Shown: one piece after another, positions 27,223-35,914 of the stretch
Numbering within the stretch: the first letter of the stretch is position 1
How the letters are laid out: each line of letters starts with the position of its first letter
Virus record (IMG/VR): IMGVR_UViG_3300031151_000426
Length of the DNA: 64,000 bases
Source: a virus
Lineage: Duplodnaviria > Caudoviricetes
Direction: 5' to 3' (one strand)
Program-made: the position numbers and the translations under genes
The notes under the pieces: model-generated
The model's database searches: none
Seen by the model: only the letters and a program-made list of their open reading frames with translations
What the model was told of the DNA's origin: nothing

Positions 27223-27801
27223 TTAAGCACTTTCTTGCTCACTCTGCAACTTATATCTGTCGCTATTTGTGCCGAACGCGTCACAAAGTGGTGCATACAG
27301 GATCGATTCGGCCAAACTTACCCATGTGTCAATTCGGCGGCGGCAGGTGATAAGGGTCCAGTCAGGATGTTTTGCATTAAGCTCGTTGGCCATCTGCAGC
27401 TTGCTCTTACGGAGTCGATGGCGGTCGACGATGACGCCATAAAGTGATCGGTAGTCGTCATTCATCAGTACGGAAGCAATAACACCATCCACCTTCAGAC
27501 CTTCTTCATCCGAGCAGAACGCCAGGCCGCTTTTGTTTTTGCTGTCGAGGATTTCGCGCAGGTATGCTTCCAGCTCAGGTTTAGTGATGCCGGATTTCTT
27601 CATGCGGCGCAGCGCATCGTTGATTGCTGTCTTGGTGATTTTCCCGGATGCCAGTAGCTGGTTAAACATGTTGCCTCCTGATCCGCCACCGATATAAGAC
27701 CAGCGGCCCCACATACGGAGCTTACCTTGTACCCAGATGCTTTCGAGAGTTCGAAGGCGAACCATCTCGCCGGATTTGCCAACTTCGGAAGGATTGATCA
27801 T
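27223..27801 (-). CDS. Late antiterminator Q-like protein (DUF1133-like)
   Basis: WVQGKLRMWGRWS and TCRRRIDTWVSLAE motifs; last gene before the late region. Confidence 0.75.
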   Translation of the reverse strand: MINPSEVGKSGEMVRLRTLESIWVQGKLRMWGRWSYIGGGSGGNMFNQLLASGKITKTAINDALRRMKKSGITKPELEAYLREILDSKNKSGLAFCSDEEGLKVDGVIASVLMNDDYRSLYGVIVDRHRLRKSKLQMANELNAKHPDWTLITCRRRIDTWVSLAESILYAPLCDAFGTNSDRYKLQSEQESA

Positions 27802-27814
27802 GTTGCGTCTCCAC

Positions 27815-28804
27815 TTACGCCAGTGCGCCGATTGCCAGCGCACGATCTAAAAACCGAAACAACAGCGTTAACTGGTCGCCGTGCTTCGCTTCAAATGCCA
27901 CAGGATCAGCGTGCAACTCATCGTGATGCGCTCTGCACAGCGGTATCACAAACAGGTCGTGCGCTTTGGTACCCATTCCACCCTGCCCGTGGCCTATCAG
28001 GTGGTGTGGGTCGTCTGCCGGGTTATTGCAGCAACTGCACTGCTGCGACTTAACCCAGCGGGTGTACGTCTCGTTCTCCCAGCGGCGGCGCTTTGGCCTC
28101 AGCATGAAAGATTCCGTTGATTCAGGGTCTACCTTAACGGAGACAACCTTCTTCACCTTCTCCTGGAGGATTTCAGTCGCCGGTAATGACGGAACAATGT
28201 CGCTTTCCCGCATCACTGAACTGTGCTTTTCTGGCTTAATCCTTAGGGCCTGGCTCGCCACTGATTCAGGAATCAAGTCAGCTAGATCGTTACGTACCAT
28301 CCACCAGCAGAGCTCCGGCAGCGTCAGGGTGTGGTCTGCGCTAAAGCCCAGCATAATATTCACCCTTTCGAGTAGCCATTTTACCAGGTTCTGCATGGCA
28401 ATTCCTGCCAGTCTTTCAGTGGTTTGTTCACGTAACTGGTTATCACAGCCCCAGCAAAGGCGAATGCTTCCGGGGGCATGACGCATCACCGTAAAGTCCT
28501 TTGAGTGCCATTCATTGTGGGGCCACTGACATTCGAATTTACGTTCCAGCCAGGCATCAAGACTGCTAAGCCCACCAGCACGCTGAATAATCCGCTCGTT
28601 CAGGAAAAGCTCCTGCATACTGACATCATCTGTCAGTGGCTGGTGCGCTTCAGGAATCAGGCCAGATGGCAGGTGCTGGATTGCTTCGGAAGGCGTTTCA
28701 ATCACTACACGGCCACGACGAAACAGCCACAGCAATTCGTTACCTGGGCGGAACAGTACCACCCCGGACATTGGCGCAACTTCAGGTGTCAGTATGGCTC
28801 TCAC
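27815..28804 (-). CDS. DUF968-family protein with C-terminal HNH-like Zn domain
   Basis: CSCCNNPADDPHHLIGHG...VIPLCRAHH. Confidence 0.85.
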   Translation of the reverse strand: MRAILTPEVAPMSGVVLFRPGNELLWLFRRGRVVIETPSEAIQHLPSGLIPEAHQPLTDDVSMQELFLNERIIQRAGGLSSLDAWLERKFECQWPHNEWHSKDFTVMRHAPGSIRLCWGCDNQLREQTTERLAGIAMQNLVKWLLERVNIMLGFSADHTLTLPELCWWMVRNDLADLIPESVASQALRIKPEKHSSVMRESDIVPSLPATEILQEKVKKVVSVKVDPESTESFMLRPKRRRWENETYTRWVKSQQCSCCNNPADDPHHLIGHGQGGMGTKAHDLFVIPLCRAHHDELHADPVAFEAKHGDQLTLLFRFLDRALAIGALA

Positions 28805-29526
28805 GCAATTTGCCCCTTAGCGATATGTTCAGCCCAAAGGCCGCCGATCCAGCGAACACCCTTTGCTGTAAAGCGCGACTGATTGAATGCGTAGTTGGTC
28901 TGGTTGGTTGTGCCGGTCTTAACTTCAAAGCGCCCTGCTTCGATATGTTTGCTCTTCGGCGTAAGCACGCGGTTCAGGCGGTACATGATGCTGTTCTCAA
29001 TGAGGAACATAGCGAACTCTGGTTCTTTGGCATTAAGAAGCTTGGCAACCTGCCGGAACGTCATTGAACCAGTGGCCTTGACATAGCGATCAACAAATTC
29101 TGCCTTTGGCGCTGCTATAGCCAGTTCTTCACTCAGGCGTTGCTTCTGTTCGGCAAGGTCAGCGGCCAGGCGGAGTGCTTCAGGAAGCGTTTGAGGTACC
29201 ACCATCCCGGCCCCGCTCTCCAGTTCCTGCCAGCGGTCAACCAGACGGGCAGTAAACTCAGGGCAAAGCTGCGCGACGATTACGTAACTGTCTCGCTTGT
29301 TAACTTCGTAGTAATGGTAAACCTGCTGGTTCTGAGGGTGGGTGTACTGCATTGCAGCATACCCCCCAATTACGCCAGAGTTCATCAGTCGTTCGATGGT
29401 CACACACACATTGCTGTGGCGTGAGTCGACAAGTTTTGCAATCTCACGGCTGGACATCGTTATCTGCTGCCCCATCGCGGCGGCGGAGTTAGTCGGGCAC
29501 ATTACGGTGATATTCATCTGATTCAT
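28801..29526 (-). CDS. Rha/KilA-C (ANT) antirepressor-like protein
   Basis: MSSREIA...RLVDRWQELE, then PQTLPEALRLAADLAE...APKAEFVD...FTAKG. Confidence 0.85.
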   Translation of the reverse strand: MNQMNITVMCPTNSAAAMGQQITMSSREIAKLVDSRHSNVCVTIERLMNSGVIGGYAAMQYTHPQNQQVYHYYEVNKRDSYVIVAQLCPEFTARLVDRWQELESGAGMVVPQTLPEALRLAADLAEQKQRLSEELAIAAPKAEFVDRYVKATGSMTFRQVAKLLNAKEPEFAMFLIENSIMYRLNRVLTPKSKHIEAGRFEVKTGTTNQTNYAFNQSRFTAKGVRWIGGLWAEHIAKGQIA

Positions 29527-29541
29527 GCTCTTCTCCACTTA

Positions 29542-29931
29542 TCAGGCGGCTGCACCCGCCAGAGGTTCATGTTTCTTGATCGATATCTCTACTCGTCCAC
29601 CAGGTACTTTCGGACCCCACTCCACCAGCATTCTCTGCACCTGGCTGTCATCCTCCCAGATGCCAGCGTGCGTAAGCGCGTCAAACAGAGCCTTGTTGTA
29701 GTTGTCGATGTCGCGGCGGCGTTCGTCAGGTGGGTACAACATTATCTCGACGGCAGCCGGTACTGTTGAAGGCTTTGGAAGGAAGCGAAGCTGCTCGACG
29801 ATCGCCACACAGGCAGCGCTTTGATATGCCCTGCCTTTGGCGCTGATAAGATGGCGGCCTTTTAACGGCCCCTTGTTCGGGGCTCGCCAGTAGGTGTTTA
29901 CGCTCGGCGGGAACGGGAGCACCAGTTTCAT
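29542..29931 (-). CDS. rusA: RusA Holliday junction resolvase
   Basis: LPFPPSVNTYWR and RRRDIDNYNKALFDAL...WEDDSQV. Confidence 0.93.
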   Translation of the reverse strand: MKLVLPFPPSVNTYWRAPNKGPLKGRHLISAKGRAYQSAACVAIVEQLRFLPKPSTVPAAVEIMLYPPDERRRDIDNYNKALFDALTHAGIWEDDSQVQRMLVEWGPKVPGGRVEISIKKHEPLAGAAA

Positions 29932-30248
29932 AAAGTCACTCCCTGTTTTTTCAGCCATTCCACCGCGTTATCTCTGGCCATGTCTCCACCGGATAACAGG
30001 CCTTTAATGATCGCTACCGGATCAGCATCCCATTCTGTTTTGACGATAGTAATGCCCCTGGCAGCGCCAGGAGCAACGGAGATATACCCTTTTTTCTTGA
30101 GCGCCTTTACGTGCTCAGCAGCAGCGTTCGGTGATGCGCAGCCAATTAACCCGGCAAGCTCCAGCATCGTCGGCGGGAATCCAGTTCTTTCCTTGTAGAG
30201 CACTATGGCATCCAGCACTTCACTCTGACGCGACGTTAATTCAGTCAT
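29928..30248 (-). CDS. Stand-alone LexA-type DNA-binding domain protein
   Basis: LTSRQ.EVLD...GFPPT..ELA...SPNAAAEHVKAL.KKGYI...ARGI; no S24 peptidase domain. Confidence 0.85.
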   Translation of the reverse strand: MTELTSRQSEVLDAIVLYKERTGFPPTMLELAGLIGCASPNAAAEHVKALKKKGYISVAPGAARGITIVKTEWDADPVAIIKGLLSGGDMARDNAVEWLKKQGVTL

Positions 30249-30907
30249 GCAACCTCCCCTTTAGCCCAGTCGATAGCGCAGACAACACCCGGTAACAAAT
30301 GAACGGCTGGGCGCTCAGCCTGATTTCCCCAATGGTCCCAGCCAGGCGCAGCGCAGCGGCTGAAGAGTTCGATGCGAGGAACGTCACCGTAAAGTTTTTC
30401 CAGGCGGAAACGCGCCTCGGCTGGCTTCTGGCTGTGTTCGCCGAGTGGGCTGTAGATAACCTGCTTGATGCTGGCACACTGGCGTTCGAGCCCATTTCCC
30501 CTGGTGGCAATCAGCAGGTCTTCAGTATTGGCTCGGGTGTAGTTGCCGCCGTTCATGCGGGTCTGTGCGTTCAGCAGGTCGAGGAAATCGTAAAAGCCCT
30601 CTACTCCACCAGCCTGAAGCGCTTTGTTGATGTGCTGCTCCGCCAGCGGGTTGAACTTCACCCAGGTAAAGCCCTTCATCGTGCGGACCTTAAAGCCCCA
30701 TGCTTCAGCCAGCTCAATGGCTTCGCGGGTATGCGTGCCGGTGAACCACATGGCCAGAACAGCATCCTCTGCAGCTAGGTCCCAAACAGGGAGGCGCTTC
30801 ATGTCGATCAGCTTCATCGTGCCGTAGTGATTAGTAGCCGCGCCGTTGCTGACGGTGTTCCCGTATTCCCAGGCAGGGTCAGCGTAAATAAGTGAATATT
30901 TCATCAT
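30245..30907 (-). CDS. MT-A70-family N6-adenine methyltransferase
   Basis: YSLIYADPAW, FTWVK, YTRANTEDLLIA, HSQKP, RIELFSR. Confidence 0.9.
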   Translation of the reverse strand: MMKYSLIYADPAWEYGNTVSNGAATNHYGTMKLIDMKRLPVWDLAAEDAVLAMWFTGTHTREAIELAEAWGFKVRTMKGFTWVKFNPLAEQHINKALQAGGVEGFYDFLDLLNAQTRMNGGNYTRANTEDLLIATRGNGLERQCASIKQVIYSPLGEHSQKPAEARFRLEKLYGDVPRIELFSRCAAPGWDHWGNQAERPAVHLLPGVVCAIDWAKGEVA

Positions 30908-30917
30908 ATTCTTCCCC

Positions 30918-31670
30918 TCAGATTTCTAAGGCCAACTGTGGAGTAAAGCGGTCTCGTACTGCGTCATACTTGAGAGCGCTTGCGCTGTTAAATGCCTCAA
31001 TACGCTCAACGAGGACGGCGGCGCGGGTTTCTTTGCTGGCTGGCGCATAGGCTGATTTATCCCATGCCTTATCAATACCGATATTGCGTGCCACGTTTGT
31101 GCTGTCAGCTGATGAGAGCGGTATGTGAGTAAAAATGTCTTTATTCAGCATGCGAAGGCCATGGAGCTTGGTAATCGGATAGCCATTTGAATCGACAACG
31201 TGACGGATAAGGTCTCGCAATTTTGCCCGGCATGCGCGGGGACGCTTTGCATCGTATTCACCCATAGAACCAATGCAGACACGCGGAAACTCATGGCAGA
31301 GACGTATGAATCTCTCGTCAGGTTCGCTCATATGCCAGACAGGCGCACCGACGAATTTACCGTGCGGCCATTCAGCGATAAGCGCATCGTTCTCTTCGCT
31401 GGTGCCTCCGATAACATCAGGGATAACTGCAAATGAGAAACGAGGGTGATTCATCCACTCCTTGACGAATTCGTAATAGTCGAACCAGTTAACAGGCTGG
31501 CCCTTATCCCAGAAGCTGAACGCTCCGTTATCAAGTGCGAAAGATTGAGTTACCTCACTGGCAAGCTTAAGTTGCCCAGGGTTAGCGAAGCTGATGAACG
31601 CATGGCGACCTTTCCAGGCTTTCAGTGCGCACGTATCAGGCGTGATTGGTCCTCCGTGGAAGTGGATCAT
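30918..31670 (-). CDS. tRNA-guanine transglycosylase (TGT/DpdA)-like protein
   Basis: Ordered motifs ALDNGAFS, IPDVI, PVWH, VCIGS, KLHGL, SSADST follow the TGT barrel pattern. Confidence 0.55.
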   Translation of the reverse strand: MIHFHGGPITPDTCALKAWKGRHAFISFANPGQLKLASEVTQSFALDNGAFSFWDKGQPVNWFDYYEFVKEWMNHPRFSFAVIPDVIGGTSEENDALIAEWPHGKFVGAPVWHMSEPDERFIRLCHEFPRVCIGSMGEYDAKRPRACRAKLRDLIRHVVDSNGYPITKLHGLRMLNKDIFTHIPLSSADSTNVARNIGIDKAWDKSAYAPASKETRAAVLVERIEAFNSASALKYDAVRDRFTPQLALEI

Positions 31671-32164
31671 CAAACGTTCCTCGCTCGGCCAGCCAGACAC
31701 CAATCATCGCCGGTGGTTTTAACCCTCGGCGCCATACTTAGGCAGCGCTTACGCTCCTTGAGAATTTTGGCTCGCTTAGTTTCGTTCTTTGATCGATTGA
31801 ATGCTTCCATCAGAACGGTTGCGGCACGCAGGAACAGGCCTTTGTCGGAAAGTTCTTTAGCCTTATCCATCAATGCAACGACAGCAGGGTTTGGTATGGT
31901 TTCCTGCTTTGGCTCAGGAGCTATTTCAGCTTTTTCTACCGGGTAGCGCGGGACAATCGGCCCGATTGGACCAACCGGCGCTTTTGCGTAGTAACGGAAG
32001 TTGTGGCGTTCGCCTTTGCGCTCAGCGCGGTTAAGCATGACCAGGCGGCATACCGCACGCTGCACGCTGTGTAATTCGTACTCCGGCAGTGCTGCGGCGA
32101 TCTCTTTGTTCGTCAGTCCAGGGTTATTGGCCACGAACAGCTGGATTGTTTTCAGAAAGCTCAT
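31670..32164 (-). CDS. PerC-family regulator with N-terminal wHTH
   Basis: NPGLTNKEIA HTH; AKELSDKGLFLRAA PerC-like motif. Confidence 0.7.
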   Translation of the reverse strand: MSFLKTIQLFVANNPGLTNKEIAAALPEYELHSVQRAVCRLVMLNRAERKGERHNFRYYAKAPVGPIGPIVPRYPVEKAEIAPEPKQETIPNPAVVALMDKAKELSDKGLFLRAATVLMEAFNRSKNETKRAKILKERKRCLSMAPRVKTTGDDWCLAGRARNV

Positions 32165-33102
32165 TGAGTACCTCCGGAAACACGAAAACCTGAGTTGGCT
32201 GGAACGCTGTAATCAACGTTCTGAAAGTTGGCTTTAAAGTTAGGGTCAGAGCCACCGCTGAGTTGCCAGCGTCCTTTGACACACGCAGGCCTGCCGCGCT
32301 TTTGCCATTTCTGAGCCTTGTCAAAATACTCAACGCAATTTTCTGGTCCAAAGAGAGTGCTCGGGCGAAGGTAATCATCCATTTTTGGATCATCAGCCCA
32401 TTTTGCTGTGAGGTAGTCCACCACAAGCATCAGGTCTTCAGCGCTGTAGTCCTCGGAAAGTCTTCCCCTGATATATCCTAAAACGGTTTTGTTGCGCCCC
32501 CCCTTCCCGTATGACGAACCAGTAACCTCGTTGAAGTGGGATAAGACACGAATTGCCGGATCGCTGTCGTCTGGTTGCGACGCAACCGGACAAGAAGGGG
32601 TTTTAATATCTGTAGTAATCTCTGTTGTATTCTCTGTAAGAACATCAGTGCAATTTGACCTGATGAGAGCGGTTCGTTTTGAACCGATGGAGCGTTCCAC
32701 TTTGACCTCTTCCATCAGTTCATTTTGACCTGATGGAAGAGTGCATTTTGAACTCTTCGATTTGGTCACTTTGACCTCATCTAAAAGCTCGCTTTCATAG
32801 TTGATCGTGTAGTAGTTCGTCATGTCGCGCTGAGACTTGTTCAGTTGCTCAACTTTGAGCACGCCAAGGTTCTTCAGGCGGGTGAATGTGCGCTTCAGCG
32901 TAGACTCAGACCAGAATGGGAACTGCTCCAGCCACTGCTCGTTGGTGTTGTAAATCCAGCGCACGCCGTCACGCTCCAGTCCGGAGGTGGTTTCTTTAAG
33001 CCAGTAGTTAACCTGCTGCAACGCAATGGCCTCGTTCAGGCCAATGCTGTACGCAAGGTCAGGGTTTATCACTATCGGCCGGGATGGCATCAACAGGCTC
33101 AT
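32161..33102 (-). CDS. Phage replication initiator (O-like)
   Basis: IGLNEAIALQQVNYW...WIYNT N-terminus; YLRPSTLFG C-terminal domain; internal iterons. Confidence 0.88.
   Translation of the reverse strand: MSLLMPSRPIVINPDLAYSIGLNEAIALQQVNYWLKETTSGLERDGVRWIYNTNEQWLEQFPFWSESTLKRTFTRLKNLGVLKVEQLNKSQRDMTNYYTINYESELLDEVKVTKSKSSKCTLPSGQNELMEEVKVERSIGSKRTALIRSNCTDVLTENTTEITTDIKTPSCPVASQPDDSDPAIRVLSHFNEVTGSSYGKGGRNKTVLGYIRGRLSEDYSAEDLMLVVDYLTAKWADDPKMDDYLRPSTLFGPENCVEYFDKAQKWQKRGRPACVKGRWQLSGGSDPNFKANFQNVDYSVPANSGFRVSGGTQ
32654..32780. repeat. Six iteron-like repeats (TTTGA(C/A)C...), probable replication origin
   Basis: TTTGA at 32654, 32678, 32701, 32724, 32747 and 32770 (23-24 bp period) inside the initiator gene. 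Confidence 0.75.
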
Positions 33103-33271
33103 GGTCGTCCTTTAACTCTGTAAATTTACGCTGGAATTGCTCAAGAGGGCTGAAGCACTCATGATCGTACCCTTCGCGAAGGTATATAACGCGTCGAGTC
33201 TCGGGCTCCCACCTGATGACGTGGACGGTGATGCCTCTGTGGTCTCTGAATCGCCGGTCAACTTCAGCCAT
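33059..33271 (-). CDS. DUF4222-like small protein
   Basis: FRDHRGITVHVIRW...RVIYLREGY...FQRKF. Confidence 0.75.
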   Translation of the reverse strand: MAEVDRRFRDHRGITVHVIRWEPETRRVIYLREGYDHECFSPLEQFQRKFTELKDDHEPVDAIPADSDKP

Positions 33272-33450
33272 TCCTCACGCCCCTTCTCGTTCATCAGTGC
33301 AAATGCCTCTACCATCGCGTTCTCAGGCTGGTAGTTGTTCTGATCCGCCTGGTTGTTTAATCTCTCCACATAGCCGAACGGGGAATCTTTTCCCACCAGT
33401 GGAAGGCATCTGAATTGCTTCGCTGGTCTCAATCGGTTTAAACTGTTCAT
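33112..33450 (-). CDS. Hypothetical protein overlapping the DUF4222-like gene
   Basis: GGAG RBS; 112 aa; C-terminal half runs in another frame over 33059-33271. Confidence 0.5.
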   Translation of the reverse strand: MNSLNRLRPAKQFRCLPLVGKDSPFGYVERLNNQADQNNYQPENAMVEAFALMNEKGREEWLKLTGDSETTEASPSTSSGGSPRLDALYTFAKGTIMSASALLSNSSVNLQS

Positions 33451-33511
33451 GCGTTAGTTTCTCCACTGAATACGACACGCCACGACGCCCGGAGCTGCAC
33501 ACTCGCGGGCG

Positions 33512-33982
33512 TCACTTTTTTTGGCTTTTCTTACGGCTAAATAGCGCGACAATCGCGCGGATCTCTTCTTCACGCGCTGCCAGATGACGGCGGTGATATT
33601 CATTGATTTCTTCAGCTTCATGACTTTCGATTACTCCATCTTCGAGAGCTCTCTGGATCACGGTATCAACACGTCCACGCGCTGCTGACGTTCTCATGGC
33701 ACGATCAAACAGGTCGACACGATCAAGGTCTTCAAGTTGAGGAACGTCCACCAGCAGCGCACCACGACGACGGGCAAAGTAATCTGCCAGGAGGGACGTA
33801 TTCGAGATGTCTTCCATGGCCTCCAGCTCGTTCACTTCAAAGAAGCGGCAGCCGTTCTTCTCGTACAGGTTGTTGTTGAACTGCGTTACTGACATGCCAA
33901 GAGCACCGGCCATAGCCTCGCGGCCTCCTGGGTACGTTTTGCACATCGCTTTAACTACTTCTTTCAGGCTTGGCTCTACCAT
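33512..33982 (-). CDS. YmfL-family (CII-position) regulator
   Basis: YPGGREAMAGALGM...FNNNLYEKNG, ALEDGVI motifs; downstream of cro. Confidence 0.82.
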   Translation of the reverse strand: MVEPSLKEVVKAMCKTYPGGREAMAGALGMSVTQFNNNLYEKNGCRFFEVNELEAMEDISNTSLLADYFARRRGALLVDVPQLEDLDRVDLFDRAMRTSAARGRVDTVIQRALEDGVIESHEAEEINEYHRRHLAAREEEIRAIVALFSRKKSQKK

Positions 33983-34013
33983 GTTGTTTTTCCTTTGGTA
34001 GTTAATTTACAAC

Positions 34014-34271
34014 TTAGAGTTGTGTATTGTTCTCAACTGTTGGCAACCCGTCATTTTGATTAGGGTAGATATCAGGTCGAAGCTGATGGGGTGTTACCGT
34101 CCAACCTCCCCACTGACACAACTGGATAACCCTTTCTGATGGCACTCTATTTTTGGCTATCCAATTAGCAACTGATTGAACTGATTGGAATTCGAATCTT
34201 CTTGATACTTCTGAAATTGATCCCACCGCCTTCACAGCTTTGGCGGTCACATTCTTAAAATGAGGTGTCAT
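34014..34271 (-). CDS. cro: Cro-like HTH protein (YdaS family)
   Basis: AGGAG RBS before the ATG at 34271; SVQSVANW and VTPHQLRPDIYP; divergent from cI. Confidence 0.85.
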   Translation of the reverse strand: MTPHFKNVTAKAVKAVGSISEVSRRFEFQSVQSVANWIAKNRVPSERVIQLCQWGGWTVTPHQLRPDIYPNQNDGLPTVENNTQL

Positions 34272-34299
34272 GTTGTCTCCTATAGTTAAGCACCAACCA

Positions 34300-34383
34300 A
34301 TACTACTTATAGTAGCATTTATTCGCAACTTAAAATAGAAATGACAACTATGTCTTGTGCGCTTAATCTTCTACTTATGGTGG
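34300..34383. promoter_or_regulatory. OR region: pR, pRM and 13-bp operators
   Basis: CTACTTATAGTAG 34303-34315, variants at 34326, 34345 and 34371; pR (minus) TTGCGA-17-TAGTAT; pRM (plus) ATGACA-17-TAATCT. Confidence 0.7.
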
Positions 34384-35060
34384 AAGATGCTAAATACAAA
34401 GACTTTGCCGACAGGCTAAATAAGTCTCTCCAAGAGAAATCTATTGGAGTAAAAGAATTGTCAGAGTTCAGTGGTGTCTCATACGAGATGGCGCGGCGCT
34501 ATACTCTTGGCACAGCAAAGCCTAGAGACGAAAAGATGATTCGGATTGCTGAAAGGCTTGCGGTCTCCCCGGCTTACCTTGATTACGGAGTTCCAGTTAA
34601 CGGTGGGGACCTGCCTCCACCGGGGACCGTAAGAATTGAGCAATTGGATGTTCATGCGTCAGCTGGTTCAGGTTTTATTAACCAACCTTTCCCAACGATA
34701 GTTAGTTCAATCGAGATCCCCGAAGAACGGATTTACGAATTATTCGGGCGAAGAACTCTCGATGGCATTGTCATGATCAACGTTGACGGCGATAGCATGA
34801 TGCCCACGCTATGCCCAAAAGATTTATTGTTCATTGATAGCCGCATTGAACGGTTTAGCGGAGATGGCGTTTATGTTTTCAACTTTGAAGACAGCACTTT
34901 TGTTAAACGGCTTCAGAAGGTTAAGGGGAGACGTTTGGCAGTACTCTCTGATAACGAGCACTACCCTCCCTTCTTCATAGAAGAACATGAAATGAACGAA
35001 GTCTATATTTTTGGAAAGCTAATCAGATGTTTACCATTAAAAATGGTTGAATTTGGTTAA
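34377..35060 (+). CDS. cI: CI-like repressor (HTH plus S24 autopeptidase)
   Basis: N-terminal HTH, ASAG cleavage site, VDGDSMMP (Ser), FVKRLQ (Lys). Confidence 0.92.
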   Translation: MVEDAKYKDFADRLNKSLQEKSIGVKELSEFSGVSYEMARRYTLGTAKPRDEKMIRIAERLAVSPAYLDYGVPVNGGDLPPPGTVRIEQLDVHASAGSGFINQPFPTIVSSIEIPEERIYELFGRRTLDGIVMINVDGDSMMPTLCPKDLLFIDSRIERFSGDGVYVFNFEDSTFVKRLQKVKGRRLAVLSDNEHYPPFFIEEHEMNEVYIFGKLIRCLPLKMVEFG

Positions 35061-35075
35061 AGCGAACATGTTCAC

Positions 35076-35099
35076 AACCGGCGAAAGCCGGTTTTTTTT
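35076..35099 (+). terminator. cI terminator
   Basis: AACCGGC-GAAA-GCCGGTT followed by a T-run. Confidence 0.85.
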
Positions 35100-35150
35100 C
35101 GCCTAAAATTCATGAGGATACCCCTACAAGCTACATAATATTCACTTTTT

Positions 35151-35193
35151 CTACTTTTTGTAGTTGATTTCATCTACTTAAAGTAGCTATATT
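35151..35193 (+). promoter_or_regulatory. OL operators and pL promoter
   Basis: CTACTTTTTGTAG 35151-35163 and CTACTTAAAGTAG 35174-35186; TTGATT(35164)-18-TATATT. Confidence 0.72.
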
Positions 35194-35228
35194 TATTCCA
35201 ACGACAGCGAACATTGTGAGTAAGCAAC

Positions 35229-35519
35229 ATGAGCGAGCAATCAAAGGGTGTAGTTAGCTTAAAGGCTGGATTCATTTATCAGAAGTTAGGGGCAACCGAA
35301 AAAGAGCCAGTTATCGACGCAAGTGGAATGTCTGATGAGCAGATCTTTGGATGGATGGAGAAAAAGGTTGAGGCAGTAAGGCGGCTTCAGAGTCTGGTTC
35401 TCACTAAAGCCGAAATTGAAAAACAATTATCTACCCTGAATGCACAAATTGAAGAGGCTACTGCGCAGAGTCGAATAGAAGTTTTTCGGCCAGATCAGGA
35501 TCCCACTCATCATCGATAA
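35229..35519 (+). CDS. First pL ORF, coiled-coil hypothetical protein
   Basis: 96 aa; 3' end overlaps a convergent gene by 62 bp. Confidence 0.55.
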   Translation: MSEQSKGVVSLKAGFIYQKLGATEKEPVIDASGMSDEQIFGWMEKKVEAVRRLQSLVLTKAEIEKQLSTLNAQIEEATAQSRIEVFRPDQDPTHHR

Positions 35520-35904
35520 AATCAGTAAAGGTAATTGGGTATCTCCCTGCAATCATTGTAGAAAAGTAGCTTTTAGCTTGACCCTCAAGAGATTCGAGTG
35601 ATAGTTCATCATGAAGTGCGATAAAAACATCTGAAAGGCTCATCGCCCGAATCTCTGACAGTGGCCAGTTATATTTCTGAAGAAGTTTGTGGTGGAGAGC
35701 TTTAGCGCCGGGGAGTTTGTTAATCGTGGTCTCATGCTTATTGCGATGTGCAGCAAGCAATAAGTCGAGGACGCATAGTTGAACGGCGCGATTGGTTACT
35801 TTGGATAATTCGTTAGAGTCAACAAAACCGATGGTTTTGATTTCTCTGATTTTTGCAATGTGCTGCTCCGTTGCGGAGTATAGGTGACCAAATCCGTTAA
35901 TCAT
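35458..35904 (-). CDS. Antisense moron, resembles the ECs1072 phage-associated family
   Basis: LDLLLAAHR...LPGAKALHHKLLQKYNWPLSEIRAMSLSD motif; AAGGG RBS before MING. Confidence 0.65.
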   Translation of the reverse strand: MINGFGHLYSATEQHIAKIREIKTIGFVDSNELSKVTNRAVQLCVLDLLLAAHRNKHETTINKLPGAKALHHKLLQKYNWPLSEIRAMSLSDVFIALHDELSLESLEGQAKSYFSTMIAGRYPITFTDFIDDEWDPDLAEKLLFDSAQ

Positions 35905-35914
35905 GAGCATTACC

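Noticed and set aside
32654-32780. Periodic repeats as a CRISPR array
   Set aside because: The units are short, degenerate and inside a coding sequence, with no spacers or cas genes; iterons fit better.
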